A stretch of 52,406 nt of DNA from an uncultured candidate division WWE3 bacterium (lineage in GTDB: Bacteria; Patescibacteriota; WWE3; UBA101185; UBA10185): assembly GCA_903879985.1 (NCBI GenBank), contig CAIRNR010000007.1:531519-583924 (forward strand), given 5' to 3'. Made by a program: the position numbers and the translations under genes. Positions 1 through 9,705 of this stretch are shown piece after piece. Under the pieces are notes generated by a model. The model did no database searches. It was not told the origin of the DNA and was given only the letters and a program-made list of their open reading frames with translations. Position 1 is the first letter of the stretch, and each line of letters opens with the position of its first letter.

Positions 1-391
<391 letters not shown>

Positions 392-565
392 CCTTAAACG
401 AGTTTTCACAAGACTTGGGTATCGCGCAAGCGGTACAAAACACTTTCTGTTCAGTTCTTAAGATTCACTTTGGATCGCGGGCATACCTGCGATATAAGGT
501 TTGAGCTTGCTCATACTTTGTTTAAAGTGTATTTTGAAAATTGAAAATAATTACTTACACCTGGA

Positions 566-682
<117 letters not shown>

Positions 683-717
683 CTCGGGTGTAAGTTTTCT
701 ATTTTTTAGTTTTCTTC

Positions 718-1035
718 TTAGGAGTTTTTAGGGCTAGATACGGGCAAATTCATAGAACCCGTTTCTTTTATTTGTTCATAAGCTGCTTTTAAGTCTTCCA
801 ACTCTGTTTTTTTACCTAATATTGTTGCGACCTTATCAAAACTTTCTGCTTTCAGTTTATATTCCTCAAATTTATTTAATATTTTCATTAAGTTAAGCTC
901 GAATATTTCGAATTCCATTCCATTTGTTCCATCGTAGCTTTCGATAAAATTTGTTGTGGCTTCTACGAAATCTTTACTACTACTAAATGTTTGTAAATCT
1001 TCTATATATGTATCTTTAGTTATTTTATCCATCAT
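718..1035 (-). CDS. hypothetical protein, 105 aa, acidic, predicted helical; last gene of a three-gene ORFan operon
   Basis: ORF track. Its start overlaps the upstream stop as ATGA (1032-1035). No signal peptide or TM and no recognisable motif. Confidence 0.7.
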   Translation of the reverse strand: MMDKITKDTYIEDLQTFSSSKDFVEATTNFIESYDGTNGMEFEIFELNLMKILNKFEEYKLKAESFDKVATILGKKTELEDLKAAYEQIKETGSMNLPVSSPKNS

Positions 1036-2951
1036 GGGTTTGGTGTTGCCTTTGGAGGTCTGTTATTTACTGTTTTAGTAACGGGATTAGCTTTCATGTG
1101 TTCTATTGAAGCTAACATTCCCTCCATTGAATTTTCTACAAAATGCTTTTTTACCCTTCTTAGTCTTTCTACTATTTTTTGTTTTCTATCCTCGGAAAAA
1201 TTATCTCCTAGTTCTATTATCAATTTATCAATGTAATCGTCGCAGTACTCTTCAAACGTCGCTTTATCTGGGGGTGTACCCGCTTCAGCTAATTCTTTAA
1301 ATTTTCCATGTATAATTCCAGCAAATTTTATGGGTTTATCCCAAGTAGCCTCGCGATATCTTGATTCTTCTAAACTTTCTTTTACAGCTTGTTTTTGTCT
1401 CTCAATTTCCGCTTGTGCTTCTTCGGCTTGTTTATATTTCTCCGGATCGTATCTTCTATCCAAATCTTGTATAGTTCTCTCTAAGTCGGACATAATTTCT
1501 ACCTGAGCTTGTTTGTGGCCAAGGCTTTTTTCAAGTTGTTTGTCTCTTCTTTTATTATACCTATCACAGCCAAAATCATCTGCCGTTTTTTCCAATGATA
1601 ATTGATTCTCACCTAAAAGGTCTTTTACCCAATTATCCTTTTTAGAATTTAGTGACTTGTTAAATTTGTCCTCTTCAAGCATTGCAGTAATTCTAAATCC
1701 GCGATCTAAACTTATTTGTCCTATGTGTACGTCAATTCCGTGATCAGTTGGTGCGGCTTTTTTACCAGCTCCATTTTCCAGGCCGTTAAACTGGCTTACG
1801 TGTGCTCCCATTAATGCAATGGTACCGTCGGGAAGTCTGCAAACAATAACTGCTTCATCAGTGACTTCTTTTCTTTTATTTATCCAGCCAACTTCTTTTT
1901 GAATATTTGTTATGTAGATTTGTGGTTTATCCGGAGGAGCAATTCCTACAAAGCCATTTTCTGGAACTTTTTGTATGTTTTTACTGTAGGCATTCATTTC
2001 TTCTACGCCTAAATCTTTCATAAGCGCCTGGATAAGTTTGAATTGTTCTGTCGATTGAAGATTCTCGTAGTTTTGTAATAGTTCTGAGCCTGTGGGTATT
2101 TCCGTACCTTGCGGTGTCTCTTGTTGTTCCTCGTGGGTTTTCTTCTTCCCTAGTTGTTGAAATGCTTCTTTTGCTGTGGCTAATGGATGTCTAATTGCAT
2201 TTATAGCTCGTTCTCCAAGACTTCTAATTTCTTTGGAATCTTCAGGATCGGCTTCAGAATTCAGTTGTTTTACTGCTGCCTCTCCGGCCGCAAGAATTCC
2301 TGCCTCTAGGTCTCCCTCTCCATTTTCGAGCATTCCGCTAAAATCATTGGAAGGTGCTTCGGGAGCTTCAAATCTCTCACCGCGAGCTCTGGCTTCAACA
2401 CGTCCCATATACCATGTGTCACGACCTACACCTGTGGGGTAAATGTATTTTCTCCAATATTCATCGTCCTCGTTGTAGTGAGGAGGTTTATCATTACCAC
2501 CTGCGTACAAGCTTAAGCCTAATGCTTGTGTTGTTGAGTCTTCGCGGTTAAACCTATCTAGCAAATTGACAAATATTGGAGCTTCCGCATTTGGTTCGTT
2601 TTCTTGGAATGACGTATTTTCAAATACCAGTCCCTGTTCCCTTGCATTAAAGCGTTCGGTATACCAATCTATAAAAGGTCTGGCACCAGGTTCATTCTCT
2701 TTAGCCTGCCATTCATAAAAGTCGTCAGCAAAATGCGGAACACCCCCATGGAATTCATTTTGTCTTGTAATGAAATTAACTAAATCTGATTTAATTCCAC
2801 CAGTAGTTTCACGATCATATTGCTGATGTAGTTCTTCAAACCTTGCCATTTCCTCAGCTTTTTGTTTTTCCTCAGGAGTTTTTTCTACATGGGCAGGAGT
2901 ATTCCAATTCCACTCAGGTAAAACATCAGAATTCTCGAAAGGACCCGTCAT
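1032..2951 (-). CDS. hypothetical protein, 639 aa, soluble, charged, with a coiled-coil-like C-terminal third
   Basis: Long uninterrupted ORF with ATGA overlaps to both neighbours. No catalytic motif, signal peptide or TM that I can recognise. Confidence 0.85.
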   Translation of the reverse strand: MTGPFENSDVLPEWNWNTPAHVEKTPEEKQKAEEMARFEELHQQYDRETTGGIKSDLVNFITRQNEFHGGVPHFADDFYEWQAKENEPGARPFIDWYTERFNAREQGLVFENTSFQENEPNAEAPIFVNLLDRFNREDSTTQALGLSLYAGGNDKPPHYNEDDEYWRKYIYPTGVGRDTWYMGRVEARARGERFEAPEAPSNDFSGMLENGEGDLEAGILAAGEAAVKQLNSEADPEDSKEIRSLGERAINAIRHPLATAKEAFQQLGKKKTHEEQQETPQGTEIPTGSELLQNYENLQSTEQFKLIQALMKDLGVEEMNAYSKNIQKVPENGFVGIAPPDKPQIYITNIQKEVGWINKRKEVTDEAVIVCRLPDGTIALMGAHVSQFNGLENGAGKKAAPTDHGIDVHIGQISLDRGFRITAMLEEDKFNKSLNSKKDNWVKDLLGENQLSLEKTADDFGCDRYNKRRDKQLEKSLGHKQAQVEIMSDLERTIQDLDRRYDPEKYKQAEEAQAEIERQKQAVKESLEESRYREATWDKPIKFAGIIHGKFKELAEAGTPPDKATFEEYCDDYIDKLIIELGDNFSEDRKQKIVERLRRVKKHFVENSMEGMLASIEHMKANPVTKTVNNRPPKATPNP

Positions 2952-3112
2952 TTCTCCCTCGCTTTCGCTTCCTTAACAACTTGTCCCAACTTATCTAAAT
3001 AACTTTCGTAAATAGAGTTCATTTCAGTTACAGCTTTTGCATATATTTCACGGGCTTTTTTCTCGTCTTCCACGCTCCACGTAGGGGAGATTGGCGCAGT
3101 ATTATTAACCAT
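2948..3112 (-). CDS. small hypothetical protein, 54 aa (below the ORF-track cutoff), first gene of the operon
   Basis: Translated by hand: MVNNTAPISPTWSVEDEKKAREIYAKAVTEMNSIYESYLDKLGQVVKEAKAREK. Its TGA overlaps the ATG of the 639-aa gene (ATGA at 2948-2951). Confidence 0.5.
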   Translation of the reverse strand: MVNNTAPISPTWSVEDEKKAREIYAKAVTEMNSIYESYLDKLGQVVKEAKAREK

Positions 3113-3179
3113 ACATAAATGGTATCAAATCCACGCTTGTCTAGCTACTATTACCCGCAAAAGCAACCCCAACATAATC

Positions 3180-3208
3180 TTGTCCTCATACCTATATTTC
3201 GTTATAAT
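3180..3208 (+). promoter_or_regulatory. sigma-70-type promoter for rpsA, followed by a ~95-nt structured leader
   Basis: TTGTCC (3180-3185), 17-nt spacer, TATAAT (3203-3208). The leader contains the hairpin CGTTCC-N11-GGAACG. There is no Shine-Dalgarno before the ATG at 3310. Confidence 0.5.
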
Positions 3209-3309
3209 CACCACGTTCCAGCAAAAAGCAGGAACGGAAAGGAGTTTAAGCAAGGTTATTGTTTCATAGGGTGAAAGCCCAAAAGAAGCTTTAACAGCCT
3301 AAACTATTA

Positions 3310-4416
3310 ATGTCTAAATCTAAAAAAGTTCATAGAGCGTCGTCAGTAATGGCCAAACTTTTGACCGAAAAAGACCTTCGCATGAAGGAATTGATCCCCG
3401 GAGAACTCATTGAGGGGGTAGTTGTAAGTGTTTCCCACGGAGAGGTTTTAGTTGATGTGGGAGCCAAATCGGAGGGAATTGTTACAGGATCCGAGTTAGA
3501 GGATGCTGACAGTTCTTATAAAAACTTTAAGCCGGGCGATACCGTCATGGCAAAAGTTGTTCAAGCCGAAAACGCACAAGGTTATATAGTTTTATCTTTG
3601 CGTAAAGCCGAAAAAGATAAAAAGTGGAAAGATGCAGAAGATGCATTTAAAACCGGTTCCGTATTGGAGGCCACTGTTATTGAATATAACAAAGGTGGTT
3701 TACTCTGTGATTGCTTAGGTTTGAGAGGATTTATTCCTTTATCTCACCTTGATAGATCACACTTTGCTAACGATATTGCCAAGTTTGCAGCAGGAAGTGA
3801 AGCTGAACTTAAGGAATCGTTAAAAGTGTTATCCGGTAAAGTCTTAAAGGTAAAAGTCATCGAATTTGATATTGAAAAGAACCGTTTTGTATTGTCTGAA
3901 AAGGACGCAATGGTTTCCTACAGTGAAGAATCTCGAGAAAAACGACTTTCAGAAATTAAGTCCGGTACAACCTTAGAAGGTATCGTTACAGGTATCATGC
4001 CTTTTGGAGTATTTGTTGATTTAGAAGGTGTTGAAGGCTTAGTCCATATTAGTGAAATAGCTTGGGAAAAAGTCAGCAATCCTTCCTCATACTTTACCGT
4101 TGGACAAACTATTTCAGTTTTGGTCTTAGGTATTGATGATCAATCAAAGAAATTGGCCCTTAGTGTTAAGCGTTTATCCAAGAATCCTTGGGAAACTGTA
4201 GAAGCTAAGTATCCTGTTGGAACAAAGGTAACTGGCAAAGTCAGTAAAATTGTACCTTTTGGCGCTTTTGTAACACTTGAAAAAGGTCTCGATGGTTTAA
4301 TCCACGTTTCCGAAGCTTCAGGTCCTTTAAAAGAGGGCGAAGAAGTAGAAGCAGTTGTTATACAGGTCGACGGTGCAGGTCAAAAGCTTGCTTTGAGTAC
4401 AAGACAACTTGCCTAA
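3310..4416 (+). CDS. rpsA: 30S ribosomal protein S1 (four S1 domains)
   Basis: Four repeats of the S1 OB-fold signature, e.g. GTTLEGIVTGIMPFGVFVDLEGVEGLVHISE and GTKVTGKVSKIVPFGAFVTLEKGLDGLIHVSE. Confidence 0.9.
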   Translation: MSKSKKVHRASSVMAKLLTEKDLRMKELIPGELIEGVVVSVSHGEVLVDVGAKSEGIVTGSELEDADSSYKNFKPGDTVMAKVVQAENAQGYIVLSLRKAEKDKKWKDAEDAFKTGSVLEATVIEYNKGGLLCDCLGLRGFIPLSHLDRSHFANDIAKFAAGSEAELKESLKVLSGKVLKVKVIEFDIEKNRFVLSEKDAMVSYSEESREKRLSEIKSGTTLEGIVTGIMPFGVFVDLEGVEGLVHISEIAWEKVSNPSSYFTVGQTISVLVLGIDDQSKKLALSVKRLSKNPWETVEAKYPVGTKVTGKVSKIVPFGAFVTLEKGLDGLIHVSEASGPLKEGEEVEAVVIQVDGAGQKLALSTRQLA

Positions 4417-4442
4417 ATTATTTAGTATAAGTTAATTTCACG

Positions 4443-4470
4443 TCCCCTACCCAAAAGGTAGGGGATTTGT
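4443..4470 (+). terminator. rho-independent terminator after rpsA
   Basis: TCCCCTACC (4443-4451) pairs with GGTAGGGGA (4457-4465) around the loop CAAAA, followed by TTTGT. Confidence 0.6.
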
Positions 4471-4479
4471 AAATCAATT

Positions 4480-6777
4480 ATGATTCTTGAACGTTTAACA
4501 CAAAGAGCAAAATCAGCACTTTTGGAACTTCCTCAGAAAAATAAGGTTTCAGGTGCGTCAATTGCCAGTGCCATAATAAAAGTTGATGGTATGGGTAAGA
4601 TGTTACTTCAAACAGTTCACGGACTCAGTATTCCCAAGAAGAATATGATATCTACCGACGATTTACTAAAGGAAGCTTATTACCAGTCCGTAAAGTTTGA
4701 ACACATGTACGTTGGTACCGAGCACTTACTCTTAGCTCTTTTTAAACTTTCAGACTCCCCAGATTATCAGCGCATAAAGCTTGAGTTAATAAAGCTAAGC
4801 GTTTTCCCAAATACCATTAAACAAATAGATAAAACACGTAAAACGCCAATTTTGGACGCTTTTGGTGAGAACTTAAACCAGAAGACAATTAAAAATATTG
4901 ATAAACCTTTGATTTATCGAGATGCCTATGACTCTTTAGTTGCATCACTTCTTTTAAAAAACACCTCTAATGTTTTGTTGCTTGGCGAACCGGGCGTAGG
5001 CAAGAGAACATTAGTCGAGCTTTTAGCGCGCAACATAACTTCTTTGGATGTTCCTCCGGCTTTAGCAGGCTATCAGGTAATTTCCTTTGATATGTTGGCA
5101 TTTATGACCAGTCTTTTTAACAAAGGTGGCGTCGAAGTTGGGCTTGCACAGTTGGCAGATGAGCTTAGAAGCCTAAATAGAGTAATACTGTTTATCAAAA
5201 ACTTTCAAAATGCTTTCTTTGCAACAGCGATGGGCATTTCTGTGCCTGTTTTCTATAGCATGTTCAAATCTACACTTGCGGCAACCGACGTGAAAATTAT
5301 AGCTACTATGAGTACCAATCTTTACGATCGACTTATCGCTGAAAATGAACATGTGGTTGAGGATTTTGGCACTATCGAGATCACAGAACCGGACGAAGAC
5401 GAAATAAAAAAGATTTTAGAATCAACGGCAATGTATTTAAGTGAGTTTCATAACGTTGAAATCTCAAAAGCAATCACGCGATTAATCTACAAAAAGGCTA
5501 AGGAAATGGACAATACAGATAAATTCCCACAAAAAGGCGTGGATTTAATGGACCATTGCTGTACTTTCGTTATCTTGAGAAAGAGCACTATACCAAAAGC
5601 TTATAAAAACATGGTTGATCAAAGCTTTGATCTTTTAAGCGAATTAGACGCTAAAATCGGTGATGGTCGTTACGATAAAGCCTTAAAGTTACGAACACAG
5701 CTTAGAAAATATGATGCAAAACTTACTCAAAAAGAGGAACAGATCTTTGTATCCCAAAAACGCTTAAAACTTACTCCGGAGGATATTAAAGAAGCTGTAT
5801 CGGTGTTTAAGGAAGATCGAAACATTGAGGATACTTCAACAAGTATCACAAAACTTACAAATCTTGCCACTAAAGTAAAAACAAAGATAGTCGGTCAAGA
5901 TGAAGCTGTTGATACTGTAGCAAAGTCTTTAATCCGTGCCAGTCTAGGCTTACGTTCACGCAAAAGACCATTGGGTAACTTTTTGTTCCTTGGTCCTACC
6001 GGCGTTGGTAAAACAGAGTTAGCTAAGGTATTGGCCGAAACATACTACGGAGATAAAGCTCTAATACGCTTAGACATGAGTGATTTTGCTGAAAAACACA
6101 ATGTTGCACGTTTAGTTGGCGCGCCTCCAGGATATGTTGGCTTTGGCGAAGGCGGCGAACTAACAACTAAGATAGAAAATAAACCTGATAGCGTTGTTTT
6201 ATTCGACGAAATTGAAAAAGCTCACCCTGACGTTTTAAACATATTACTTCAGATAATGGAGGAAGGTGAATTGGTTGATGCAAAGGGTGCGACATTTGAC
6301 TTTTCACGCGCTGTAGTAATACTTACAAGTAACTTGGGTACCGAAATACTTCATAATCAAGAGATAGGCTTCGGAGAAGCCCAATTAACCGAAAAATCTG
6401 TTGAAGGACGCTTACGAAATAATTTAAAGAAAATTTTAAAACCAGAACTAATAAATCGTTTTGACGAAGTCTTAATTTTTAAAAGATTAACAAAAGAAGA
6501 TCAAACAAAAATTTTAGATATTTTAATTAAAGAAGTTTTAATAGTTTTAAAGCAACAGCGCGTCGCTGTAACAATAACGCGAGAAGTAAAAGACGAAGTG
6601 TTACAACTAGGTCACTCACAAGAATATGGTGCCCGCGCCCTGCGAAGAACATTGGAAAAGGAATTACTCGATAAAATAGCAGAATTTTTACTCAATCATC
6701 CAAAACGTCCTTTAAATCTGCATATTTCTATTGTGGATGGAAAAATATTCGTGGAAAACCAACGCGTTACCAAGTAA
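4480..6777 (+). CDS. clpC: Clp/Hsp100 family AAA+ ATPase (ClpC-like) with a degenerate first nucleotide-binding domain
   Basis: Clp_N-like segment (YVGTEHLLLALF). D2 is canonical: GPTGVGKTELAK, VVLFDEIEKAHPDV, EYGARALRR. D1 has GEPGVGKRT and VILFIKNFQ in place of GK[ST] and hhhhDE. Confidence 0.85.
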   Translation: MILERLTQRAKSALLELPQKNKVSGASIASAIIKVDGMGKMLLQTVHGLSIPKKNMISTDDLLKEAYYQSVKFEHMYVGTEHLLLALFKLSDSPDYQRIKLELIKLSVFPNTIKQIDKTRKTPILDAFGENLNQKTIKNIDKPLIYRDAYDSLVASLLLKNTSNVLLLGEPGVGKRTLVELLARNITSLDVPPALAGYQVISFDMLAFMTSLFNKGGVEVGLAQLADELRSLNRVILFIKNFQNAFFATAMGISVPVFYSMFKSTLAATDVKIIATMSTNLYDRLIAENEHVVEDFGTIEITEPDEDEIKKILESTAMYLSEFHNVEISKAITRLIYKKAKEMDNTDKFPQKGVDLMDHCCTFVILRKSTIPKAYKNMVDQSFDLLSELDAKIGDGRYDKALKLRTQLRKYDAKLTQKEEQIFVSQKRLKLTPEDIKEAVSVFKEDRNIEDTSTSITKLTNLATKVKTKIVGQDEAVDTVAKSLIRASLGLRSRKRPLGNFLFLGPTGVGKTELAKVLAETYYGDKALIRLDMSDFAEKHNVARLVGAPPGYVGFGEGGELTTKIENKPDSVVLFDEIEKAHPDVLNILLQIMEEGELVDAKGATFDFSRAVVILTSNLGTEILHNQEIGFGEAQLTEKSVEGRLRNNLKKILKPELINRFDEVLIFKRLTKEDQTKILDILIKEVLIVLKQQRVAVTITREVKDEVLQLGHSQEYGARALRRTLEKELLDKIAEFLLNHPKRPLNLHISIVDGKIFVENQRVTK

Positions 6778-6813
6778 AATCTTGTTGCTTTAGCGTTATA
6801 CTACATTTACATT

Positions 6814-8160
6814 ATGCCAAAAATTCGAACCGTTTATACTTGTCAAAATTGTGCTTATCAAACATCTAATTGGGTTGGACAGTGTCCCAGTTGTAAAGAA
6901 TGGAACACGTTTATAGAAGATGTTGTAATGGATTCTCCAAAAACAAAAACGGGACATCGCGCAGGTTCGGGAAGCGGCATGTCTTCGATAACTCCAATTA
7001 AACTTGCAGACGTAATATCAGTACCAACGCAAAGACTTTCAACAAGTATTGCGGAGTTCGATCGCGTGCTCGGTGGCGGATTTGTTCCCGGACAAGTTGT
7101 TTTGCTCGCAGGCGAACCAGGTATTGGTAAAAGTACCTTGCTAACAGAAATTTCACGCAGCCTTGGTGATAACAATCTTTTGTATATAGCCGGTGAAGAA
7201 AGTGTTGAGCAAATAAAGATTCGCGCGCAGCGCATGGGATACGACGCAAAAAACTTATACATGCTTGCCGAAACAAATGTTGAGTCAATTGTTAGTGCAA
7301 TTGAAACCGAGGTAAATGCTGAATCAAACATTAAACTCGTAATCATTGATTCTGTTCAAACAATTTATATGGATGAGGTCACAGGCGTTGCAGGTTCACT
7401 CACACAAGTTAGGGGAGGAACACAAATTTTAACGGCTGTGGCCAAGCGTTTAGGAATTCCGTTAGTTTTAGTGGGTCACGTTACAAAAGAAGGTGTTGTT
7501 GCCGGTCCAAAAGTTTTAGAGCACATTGTTGATACAGTTTTATATTTAGAAGGTGACTCTCAACATATGTATCGTTTGTTACGCACAAGTAAAAATAGAT
7601 TTGGCCCGGTTTCAGAAGTTGGAATATTTGAAATGGCGGAACAGGGAATGAAAGAAATAACAAATCCTTCTGAATTATTTTTAGAACAGCGCATGGAAGG
7701 TGCATCTGGTTCATGTGTAACAATCGTTATGGAAGGTTATCGTCCAATTTTATTTGAAGTCCAAGCACTTACAGTAAAAACATCATTTGGTTACCCACGA
7801 CGAACAGCCAGCGGTTTTAATGCAAACAGGTTACAGGTTCTCATCGCCACACTAGAAAAACGAGCTGGACTCAATTTGAGCGGTCACGATGTGTATCTAA
7901 ACATCGCAGGTGGTTTTAAAGTTTCAGAATACGCAGCTGATCTTGCAGTTTGTTTAGCAATTGTTTCAGCATTAAAAGATATTCCAATAAAAAAGCGTAC
8001 TGCAGTGTTTGGTGAAGTAGGTTTAAATGGCGAAATACGAAATGTTACTCATCAATCTAAGCGCATTGCCGAAGCAAAAAAGCTTGGTTATACAAATGTT
8101 ATAAGTCCGGATAAATATCGTGACCTTGTAGCTGTTGTTAAAACGGCGCTAGAAAAGTAG
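6814..8160 (+). CDS. radA: DNA repair protein RadA/Sms
   Basis: N-terminal zinc ribbon CQNCAYQ...CPSCKEWNTF, Walker A GEPGIGKSTL, the RadA motif KNRFG, and a Lon-protease-like C-terminal domain. Confidence 0.93.
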   Translation: MPKIRTVYTCQNCAYQTSNWVGQCPSCKEWNTFIEDVVMDSPKTKTGHRAGSGSGMSSITPIKLADVISVPTQRLSTSIAEFDRVLGGGFVPGQVVLLAGEPGIGKSTLLTEISRSLGDNNLLYIAGEESVEQIKIRAQRMGYDAKNLYMLAETNVESIVSAIETEVNAESNIKLVIIDSVQTIYMDEVTGVAGSLTQVRGGTQILTAVAKRLGIPLVLVGHVTKEGVVAGPKVLEHIVDTVLYLEGDSQHMYRLLRTSKNRFGPVSEVGIFEMAEQGMKEITNPSELFLEQRMEGASGSCVTIVMEGYRPILFEVQALTVKTSFGYPRRTASGFNANRLQVLIATLEKRAGLNLSGHDVYLNIAGGFKVSEYAADLAVCLAIVSALKDIPIKKRTAVFGEVGLNGEIRNVTHQSKRIAEAKKLGYTNVISPDKYRDLVAVVKTALEK

Positions 8161-8205
8161 GTTCTGTGGCGCTACACTTCGATCGTTGGTACAATTAAAT
8201 AAGTC

Positions 8206-9198
8206 GTGAAGCAAAAAAACTATGTGCGCACAGATACAAAAGCCCCAAACAATAAAAAGCCTTCTCTAAGCGAGGTGAAGTTATTTTTGCGCGCAATTTT
8301 CGCTATCCTCTTTTTTATCCTTGGATTTAACCTTTCACGTTCAACATTTTTTATGGAATTGCCCTTTTTTGGTATTCACACAATACTCGAAGTATTAATG
8401 TCTTCCGCGGCAGCTTTTATAGGTTTCTATCTCTTTCCACTTTTCTTAGTTCGTTCCCGCCATTGGATAGAAGGTGTTATTTATAAAACGGTCTCTGATA
8501 TTGTTACCAACTTTTGGGAGCAGCAATCTAAAAAACTACAGGAAGCACGCCGCGAGAAGCAAGAACGTAAGTCACAGGTAGAAGCTGAAAAAGTTAAAAC
8601 TAATTTGCAAAGTTCCATTGTTGTAGATACTTCTGTTTTAGTTGATGGTCGTATTCTCGATATTGTTAAAACAGGTTTTTTAGATAAGGTTTTAATTATT
8701 CCTCAAAATGTTATTGAAGAACTGCAATTAATTTCCGATAACAAAGATAAAATAAAAAGACAACGCGGTCGCAGGGGATTGGATACAGTTCACGAGTTAA
8801 AGAAAATAGCTCAGTTAGCTATGCCTGAAATAAAAACAAAAGGAAAAGGTGTTGATGGTGACTTAGTAGAATATTCCAAGATAAATAAAATTCCGTTAAT
8901 TACCTTAGATTTTAATTTAAACAAAGTCGCTGTAGTTGCAGGTGTAAAAGTTTTAAATATTAATGACTTAGTTAATTGTTTGAAAACAGTTATGTTGCCC
9001 GGAGAAGAAGTAAAAGTAAAAATTATTCAGGCTGGTAAAGAAAAAGAACAGGGAATTGGTTACTTAGCTGACGGCACCATGATCGTTGTGGATGGGGCAA
9101 AGGATTTAGTGGGACAAGAAGCCGACGCTAAAGTTCATAAAGTTATTCAATCTTCCGCAGGAAGAATTATTTTCTGCGATATCGTTACTCAAGCATAA
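8206..9198 (+). CDS. PIN/TRAM-domain membrane protein (YacL-like)
   Basis: GTG start. N-terminal TM helices, a PIN-like block (IVVDTSVLVDGRI...LIIPQNVIEEL) and a C-terminal TRAM-like beta domain (GEEVKVKIIQAGKEKEQGIGYLADGTMIVV). Its position after clpC-radA matches the Bacillus yacL context. Confidence 0.7.
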   Translation: MKQKNYVRTDTKAPNNKKPSLSEVKLFLRAIFAILFFILGFNLSRSTFFMELPFFGIHTILEVLMSSAAAFIGFYLFPLFLVRSRHWIEGVIYKTVSDIVTNFWEQQSKKLQEARREKQERKSQVEAEKVKTNLQSSIVVDTSVLVDGRILDIVKTGFLDKVLIIPQNVIEELQLISDNKDKIKRQRGRRGLDTVHELKKIAQLAMPEIKTKGKGVDGDLVEYSKINKIPLITLDFNLNKVAVVAGVKVLNINDLVNCLKTVMLPGEEVKVKIIQAGKEKEQGIGYLADGTMIVVDGAKDLVGQEADAKVHKVIQSSAGRIIFCDIVTQA

Positions 9199-9575
9199 AT
9201 TATTCAGCAATAATTCAGAATCAGAAATTATATTAATAGATGGTTGAGATGAAAATAAATTCATGGGCAGGCTGCTTATGCGGGGCTCAATAGATTTTCT
9301 CGGTTTCTTTACCGTTACTAAGAAAAAAAAACGCCCCGCATGGAGCGACATACAAAGCGGCAGCCACAGAGCGTTTTTTTTATTAAAAGCGTTTCCCCTT
9401 AGCAAGTGCTAAGAGAATGAGACCATGCTTTCAAGCAGGCAAAGCATGAATAAGTAAACTTTAATACTTTTGAAAAAGTTAACAAGCGACGTGCATTATC
9501 CATTTCACATGCAAAATCATACACACCGCTCATAAATATTTTATATTCTAATGTACATTGTATTTGTGTACATAT

Positions 9576-9604
9576 TTACATATATACATTTGTATGGTTA
9601 TAAT
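9576..9604 (+). promoter_or_regulatory. candidate promoter of the RHH gene, embedded in a TGTACA/TACA-N-TGTA palindrome array
   Basis: TTACAT (9576-9581), 17-nt spacer, TATAAT (9599-9604). Palindromes: ATGTACAT 9551-9558, TGTACAT 9567-9573, TACATTGTA 9553-9561, ATACATTTGTAT ~9584-9595. Confidence 0.4.
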
Positions 9605-9705
9605 CGTTGTAATATGTTTCACATGATTTTGTGAGACAACCTATAAGTTGAAATATCCTTGTGGATAACTTTTAACTTTGTGGAGAACTTTTTAATACCA
9701 CTACT

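Noticed and set aside
6858-7723. Antisense ORFs inside radA (6858-7346, 6998-7288, 7481-7723) and similar antisense ORFs inside other long genes
   Set aside because: They lie opposite strongly supported conserved genes and have no independent signals.
9279-9384. A9...T8-flanked inverted repeat (9323-9381) and ATGCGGGGC/GCCCCGCAT pair (9279-9287 with 9333-9341), considered as a terminator or small RNA after the PIN/TRAM gene
   Set aside because: The loops are very long (36-47 nt) and the geometry does not fit a standard intrinsic terminator. I found no SRP, tmRNA, RNase P or 6S signature strings. I left it unannotated.
9106-9405. 99-aa minus-strand ORF overlapping the end of the PIN/TRAM gene
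   Set aside because: It overlaps a well-supported gene, has no RBS and has an odd composition. It is probably spurious.
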